Shown: piece after piece, positions 58,005 through 64,000 of the stretch | Numbering within the stretch: the first letter of the stretch is position 1 | Layout of the letters: each line of letters begins with the position of its first letter | NCBI RefSeq assembly: GCF_902459465.1 | Contig: NC_047074.1 | Coordinates: forward strand, 620,001 to 684,000 | Direction of reading: 5' to 3' | From: Asterias rubens | Lineage: Eukaryota | DNA: 64,000 bases | Made by a program: the position numbers and the translations under genes | Notes under the pieces: model-generated | What the model was told of the DNA's origin: nothing | Database searches by the model: none | Seen by the model: the letters and a program-made list of their open reading frames with translations, nothing else

Positions 58005-58275
58005 GGTTTGTGGTAACACCGTGTGAATGCCTCTTCTGAGTAGTGTTGGTTCTGAAAAGAACAAGTGGTTAACAACTCAATGTTTCGATCAGTATGCTCC
58101 GATCGTCTTCAGGAGATAAGAGCAGAGGAGATAAGAGCATTCCGATGGAAACGTGGAGTTGTCAACCACCAGTTCTTTTTAAAACCATCACTATTAAAAA
58201 AACAAGATTTTCAAAAGGTGTTACTGCAAACCTCTCGTAGTTATACTTCCACCATGCAAAGTTTTAAATCCTACC
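58005..58275. mobile_element. Inverted pair of Penelope-like pLTR units carrying a minimal type-I hammerhead motif
   Basis: Minus strand 58076-58115 reads ctc-CTGAAGA-c-GATCGG-agcata-CTGATC-GAAAC-att-gag; an inverted, more degenerate partner (GAAACGTGGAG) lies on the plus strand at about 58149. Confidence 0.7.
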
Positions 58276-58398
58276 TAAGTATGATCCTAAGCAAAGTGAG
58301 CATCGGGAAGTTTGATTAGTACTAGACAAAAATGTGAGGAAAAACAGTAAAACAATTTCATTGGAGTCAGAAGTGAAGTAGTTATAAATACATGTAGC

Positions 58399-58749
58399 TT
58401 AAGCACTGGACACTATTGGTAACTACTCATAAAAGCTTACTTGATAACGAGCAAGTTGGTCGTATAAAACATTGTGAGAAACAGCTCCCTCAAGTAACAT
58501 AGTTTTTGAGAAAGAGGTCATTTCGCATTCAAATTAAAAAATACTTCAGCTGCAGCATGTTATTAGGCAAATGAAAGCACACAAATTTGTGGAACAAGAG
58601 TGTTTTTTTCTTTCATCATTCTCTTGCAACTTCGATGACCAATTGAGCCAAAATTTTCACAGATTTGTTATTTGTTGATGCATATGTTGAGACACACCAA
58701 GTGAGATTACTGGTCTTTGACAATTATCAAAGGTGTCCAGTGCCTTTAA
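58399..58749. mobile_element. MITE family B copy
   Basis: aagcactggacactattggtaactactc...ggtgtccagtgcctttaa. Confidence 0.8.
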
Positions 58750-59237
58750 CAAAAATACCCGAGTACCAGCTGACTTCCCCATGGCAAAATGGTAGAGCCA
58801 AGCAATCATACAAGCTTTAAAGGAACCCAAGCTGTTCTAATGCGGCGACGGTAGCCTGTATTTCCTACGCAGGGGGTGAGAATGAAAGGATGGAGGGATA
58901 AGATGAGCAAAGGGTTAGGGATAAAAGCTGGATGGATCCTAATCATAATGCAGCCATTTTGTCTGGTTCCATGTGTTCGTCGCCATTCCTTAAGTGCTTA
59001 CTTTCATTATACAACAAAGGCACCAGACTGATTTCTTTCTGCCTCGGTTTGGTTACATGTATTTGAATGGGGGAATGCAAACAAAATGGCTGCAATGTGA
59101 TAAGGTTGACTTAATGTCAGTAGGGGTTCAGGGATGTCTTAAAATTACAGGGCTTGGCTAATTTTACAGAATCAAAGATAGCGGCCGGAAAAATGGTTCT
59201 ACATGTATGACAAGATGAGTAAATGATTCCTAAATTA

Positions 59238-59404
59238 ATAGACCCCTTGAACAATGCCAAACGCTAAGGGATGCTGAGGTTATGCGACCATTTTCTCGCA
59301 AAAAGCCAGCTATCGGCCCATGATTTGCCTCCTTTGACCCCACAAGGGCGCTTTTTGGCCCCAGTGGGGGTGTTTTTTTGTGACGTCACATGCAAGGGGT
59401 ATAT
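59238..59404. mobile_element. Short TIR MITE
   Basis: atagaccccttg ... caaggggtatat. Confidence 0.5.
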
Positions 59405-59726
59405 AAATTTCAAGTGTTTAAAATAAAAAGTAAATGTTTTGCTGTTCAACGGTTTCCTCCTCAACTAAAGTTTGTAAACTTATTGTGGAACCAACTTAAT
59501 CTCCTTCAAACTTTTAAAGTTATCATAAGTTCTTAATGCGTGTCTCAGAGTTGTCCGATGCCTGGAAGTACATCTAACATGCAGGGCTGCAGATGTGGAA
59601 AGGTTTGGAGGTGGCATGCAAGAACTTAAGAAAAGATGATGCAAGAATAAGGAAGAGAAGACCAAGGTGGTACTCTTGGGGAAGAAGAAATCACAACAAC
59701 AACAACGACAACAACAAGACGGTGTC

Positions 59727-62700
59727 TCAGAGGAAACCAAGCTCCTCAAGAATACTTGAAGGCATCTCCATTTCCTAAAAGACATTAAAAAGAAAACAGA
59801 GGATGGTGAAAGGTCAAAGGGTGAGAGGGGTGACAGGTCAAAGGGTGAGAGGGGGTGAACATGGTACTTATTTATAAATATTTACTAGAGCGGGGTTTGA
59901 ACCAACAATTTTAACATGCCGGCATTCTACTAACTGAGCTACATGTTTGTTTAGACCTGTGGTGGCAGTCTTCAGAACAATGATATTGACAGAATAGGGA
60001 GACAAACACCAACATTCGGCTAGATAGAGCAGTTGGTACGTTAATTCTGTTGTCGATTGTTCAAATCCTGCTCTCTCAAGTTTCTCTTTGTTCAACACCA
60101 AATCCTTTAAAATTTGCCAGTCAGTTTCCCTTTTGGTTTATTATATGATAAGTAGTAAAGATAAGAGATTATACAGCAATGATGGGGATCCGCAACAAGA
60201 TTTTGATGATGAGAGCAGCTTTAAATGGAATCTCTAATGAGATACTTCAGCAAACCGGAATGCTTTCATGGAATCAAATATGAAATGAATGCGAGGAGCT
60301 TGGGAGACGATAGCTAGGCCACTGCAGTGCTGTGCGACCCTTTGAATAGTTTATTTATTCTGAGCAAGTTGGTGAACCAAGGCAGTGACAACTGGTAACC
60401 GTACCTGCATCTCCTGATGTTGATGATAATGATGTGATGGTTGAGTCCGAAGCAGCAACAATAAACATAAGAAGTTCTCAACAATAGATCTAAGGGCTCT
60501 AGTAAGGTTTGCGGTAACACCATGTAAAGATAATATCTAGTTGAGATGGGGGTGGGGGGGGGGGGTTCTGAAAAGAACCGTAGGTACTCGTTTCTTCAAA
60601 AGCAATCAGAGCATACTGATGGAAACGTCGACCACCCCAACTCATTTAGAGATTATCATTACATGATGCTACCACAAACCTTACTAGATCGTAATTCCAC
60701 CATGTCAAGTTTCAAATCCTACTTAGATCTAAGGGCCTTGTCACATGAGGCAACTTGGAGGTAACCAGCTACAGAGCATGCTACATGAATATTTAAGTAA
60801 CACAGGAGTCACTCTTTCAACAATGTCTTACAATCGCCAAGCAAATATGTGAACATTCAAATATGAATGGTTTTTCTTCTTGGAGATTGCCTGGAAATGG
60901 TTGCCTGTAAATTGACTCGTGTGACATGGGCCTTTCACTTCAGCACAAAAGGGTACCAGTCATCGGCATGTCCCTGCAGCAAAGTTGTAACTAAATTCTT
61001 GAGAAAAAAAGTTGCGAACACGCTCTGTCTTACAACCCTTATTTCTGCGTCTATCGACTTTGTGTGTAAATCTGGGTTCTCCAGAAGAAGGTCAGAGCAC
61101 ACTGCTCAAAAGGTCGAGCAACACAAACCGACCTTTCTCAGAGCCACCACTACTCACAAAGAGATTTTACATGGTGTCACCACAAACCTTACTCACTCAT
61201 CTGGGTTTACTTAGCGAGATACAGCGTTTCTGAAACTCACATTCATCCTTGTTTCATCACCATGACAAGGTTAAATAATGATAAGGGTAAAACAACAAAT
61301 GTCTTGATTAGCGACCAGCGAATTGAGTCCATTTCAGCTTTATACCTCTTTCACATTTGCTTTAAAAACTTGTCTTAATAATGTTTGAATTTAACAGACC
61401 CAAAAGACTAAGACTTGCACCCTATTGTACTGAGAATAAGATTTGTTTAGTTTGAGTCATCAATAACCCTGACAGTCAAACAAAAGCGTTCATTTTCTTT
61501 TCCTGACATCATCAAACTTTGCCACCGATTATTCTGCATCAACACTTCCTTGCAGGAGTCTTTGCGTTTATGAACAAAACTCTAAACCATTGGAGAAACT
61601 TCATACAAAAATCAACTAACACAAGTTGTGAGAACGCGGCATCCACGTCCGGAAATACGTGAAGATAACAATAGTGTGTGTGACTACCTAATAAGATTAG
61701 AAACCCATGTGCCCATCATGCATTGTGTGAAGTGCGTTAAAATTACAATACAAGCCAAGCAATGCACATAACTCCATGTGCATCCTTATTGTTTTCAAAC
61801 CTTTTTTTTAACAGATCGCCTAACATGACAAGCCATGACAGCCACTTCAGGGCGAGGGGTATTCCTAAACTGATTTGGGCTATCGACCAAAGCAACTGCC
61901 ACCAGGGGCACATTAGCAACTACTATTGGGGTTGAATCAGGGGTTACCCCTTCACAGTTCATAAGGATGTAAACACGGGTGTCATCCACTAGAAGCCTGG
62001 CTGGTAGAGCAGAATGCACCACCTTCCCAACTTGTACAAATTTGTGTGCATTGCTTGGCGTGTATTTGCCCATAACCCATGATGGCCTGATGATAACAAT
62101 TAAGATACCCAAGACATGATAGAATAAATCTACGATTTCTCCCATCAACTTTCAGTGAAGAAAGAAACAATTTGCTGTTAAGTCAAGAAACCTTCTCAGA
62201 AAGATTTTTTTGACTGAATTTATTTTTTTTTATTTTGGACAGAATGAGTAAGACTTGAGTTGAATGTTTGATTGGGACTTTGGAAAGAGTCGGGTTAGTT
62301 TGTTGTCGTCATTGTCAGAAGATTTGTCAATTGTCTTTGAGTATTCTTACCTCTTGTAGTAGATCTTGGGCTTGGATCGCTTTCAAGACATTCTTCTTAC
62401 TCGTCTCTTGTATCTCACCTCCCAACATTAGCTCATCGAGCATGAAGTACGCTTTCTCAAAGTTGAAGATGATGTCTAATTCACACACCTACACACAAAA
62501 AAGGCAACGTTCTATTCATGTGGTCATGTTTATAGGTCAGGGACTGCCCCATATTCCGACAACCCTTTGTTGTGAAAAAAAACCTGATGATTTACACAAT
62601 AGTTATGGTTAGGGTTAGGAAAAAACATACTAGGAGTGTCCGAATATGAGAGCTGACTGCCATCAATTTTGCCTTAATGGTGGCTTCACAGTCCTTCATC

Positions 62701-63666
62701 AAGCTGGGGACATGTTCATCAACTGGCTGACATACATGCCACATCATCAACAAGAAAGGTTAAGAACACTTGACATCATGACATTATATGCAGCAAACCA
62801 AGTCCTTAGTGGGGAAGCCACTTCTCTTTCATATTATGTGTGAAAGGTTCGATACCACTAGGAACATTTGATAGGGGATGATAGCATAAATAATTAACAA
62901 ATTAAGAAATATGTTTTGCCAACTTACACTCCCGAAGTATTTATCCAGAAGCTCCACGTATCTGTGTATGATCTCTAAAGTCAACAGTTCGTTATCACGA
63001 TCTTCAATTGCACAGCAGAAATACAAACTTGCATACCTGACATGAGAAGGAAAAAAAAAACATCAGCAAAACATTTTTAACAAAATTAGTAAATCCTGAA
63101 AACCTGACAAATCCTTTTGTATAAAACATTCAGTAAATGATACGATTAGTTTGTTCAATCCATGAAAGTTTTGCTTCTTTTTCTCAGTAAAAAATTAATA
63201 GTCCATTAAATAGCAGCAACATTGCTGTGTTTTCAGTGACATGTGGCAATGTCCGAGAATTGTTGATGTTGCATTTAGACGTAAGACTTTATTTAGTCTT
63301 AATTTAGAGTCCTGATATTTGTTTGAAGTACAAATCTTACTTTTCCCAATCATTTTCAAATACCTTTTATAAACAATCTTTAAATCTCTCCACTCCAGAA
63401 AATTACACATCTTTGGTTTCCTTGACAACACTGTCGTGATAAGTTCTCTGGTGATTTTCTTCTTTGTCTTTTCAGTGTGTGCATGATACCACTTCTGTAG
63501 ACGTAGCTTCCCTTGACGGCTAAATAACAGCATGAACTGCAACTACAACCAAAACAGAACGTTGTAATAAGTTTAGTCAATGTCAAACGTTACAAATCTT
63601 AACACACTCTCTGTCGTGAGAAACTCAAAATGGTTGAAACTGCCCAATCAGAACTTTTGTTACCAT
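59727..63666 (-). CDS. AP1S2: AP-1 adaptor complex sigma subunit, 158 aa
   Basis: Exons (minus) 63664-63666 (ATG only; inferred from ATG|gtaaca), 63364-63542, 62928-63036, 62351-62488, 59727-59774 (477 nt). [20 protein letters not shown]...[14 protein letters not shown]...[19 protein letters not shown]...[22 protein letters not shown]. Cannot be assigned to one vertebrate paralog (AP1S1/2/3). Confidence 0.95.
59880..60075. mobile_element. Two degenerate tRNA-like SINE heads in inverted orientation
   Basis: Minus strand ctcagttagtagaatgccggc...ggttcaaaccccgctct and plus strand ggctagatagagcagttggtac...tgttcaaatcctgctct. Confidence 0.5.
60498..60723. mobile_element. Penelope-like inverted pLTR insertion with a 13-bp target-site duplication
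   Basis: tagatctaagggc at 60485-60497 and 60724-60736; internal inverted ends ctagtaaggtttgcggtaacacc / tgctaccacaaaccttactag; hammerhead remnant atcag-agcata-ctgat-g-GAAACGTC. Confidence 0.72.
61078..61188 (+). mobile_element. Penelope-like pLTR fragment, degenerate hammerhead
   Basis: ctcCAGAAGAaggtcagagcacactgctcAAAAGGTCgag ... atggtgtcaccacaaacc. Confidence 0.55.
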
Positions 63667-63866
63667 AGTTGTTTCCTAAACATCTGGTCTGCGGCCGTCG
63701 GGATGATGGAGGGTTACAATTATAAAAACACAACTATGACTTTACCTGGCTAATTTTTCTTTTTAGATGAGGAGCCCTTCCTTTGCTCATGCTTCTAGCC
63801 TATTTGCACTTTAAGTATTTTAAAGGTGGGGGGGGGGGAGGAGAGTGCAGTACCATTATTATTAAT

Positions 63867-64000
63867 CGGATAACTTTCCGTATGGCGCCACCACTTTTTC
63901 ACTCATTTTTACAAAAAGGGATATATCAATCAGGTAAACTAGATACTATATTATTCTATTTCGAATGAAAAAGTGGTGGCGCCACACGGAAACTTTTCCG
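63867..64000. mobile_element. Short TIR MITE
   Basis: cggataactttccgtatggcgccaccacttttt ... aaaaagtggtggcgccacacggaaacttttccg. Confidence 0.75.

Overview
Eukaryotic, AT-rich genomic DNA with GT-AG introns. It looks like an invertebrate deuterostome, probably a sea star (Asterias-like); that is inferred from the repeat families and gene types and is not verified. I assembled seven intact spliced genes of recognisable or partly recognisable type by hand, checking splice phases: two tandem single-domain rhodaneses (minus strand; one with a mitochondrial-type presequence, one without), a BDH1/RDH-like short-chain dehydrogenase head-to-head with the second rhodanese, SERP1/RAMP4, a 25-coding-exon ABCC5-like transporter (about 1467 aa), and an AP-1 sigma subunit (minus strand). 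The standout is a tandem pair of unrecognised two-exon genes at 43.6-46.0 kb and 47.2-50.8 kb encoding secreted prepro-proteins. They share an identical-length (159 nt) signal/pro exon, a basic cleavage site followed by x-W-x-x-W, a PW-x-P/Ser linker, a His/Lys-rich tail, and a conserved C-terminal peptide P-x-V-W-x-x-V-A-L-P behind a second basic site. Their repeat cores are completely different: Thr-rich mucin-like plus KGKGSKS polycation in one, eight poly-Gly blocks alternating with NKPKP spacers in the other. The rest is repeats: TTAA-flanked Kolobok-type MITEs, Penelope-type pLTR fragments with minimal hammerhead-ribozyme remnants, tRNA-derived SINEs, a 5'-truncated CR1/L2-type LINE, other hairpin MITEs, and mini/microsatellites. 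No CRISPR, rRNA or genuine tRNA genes were found.
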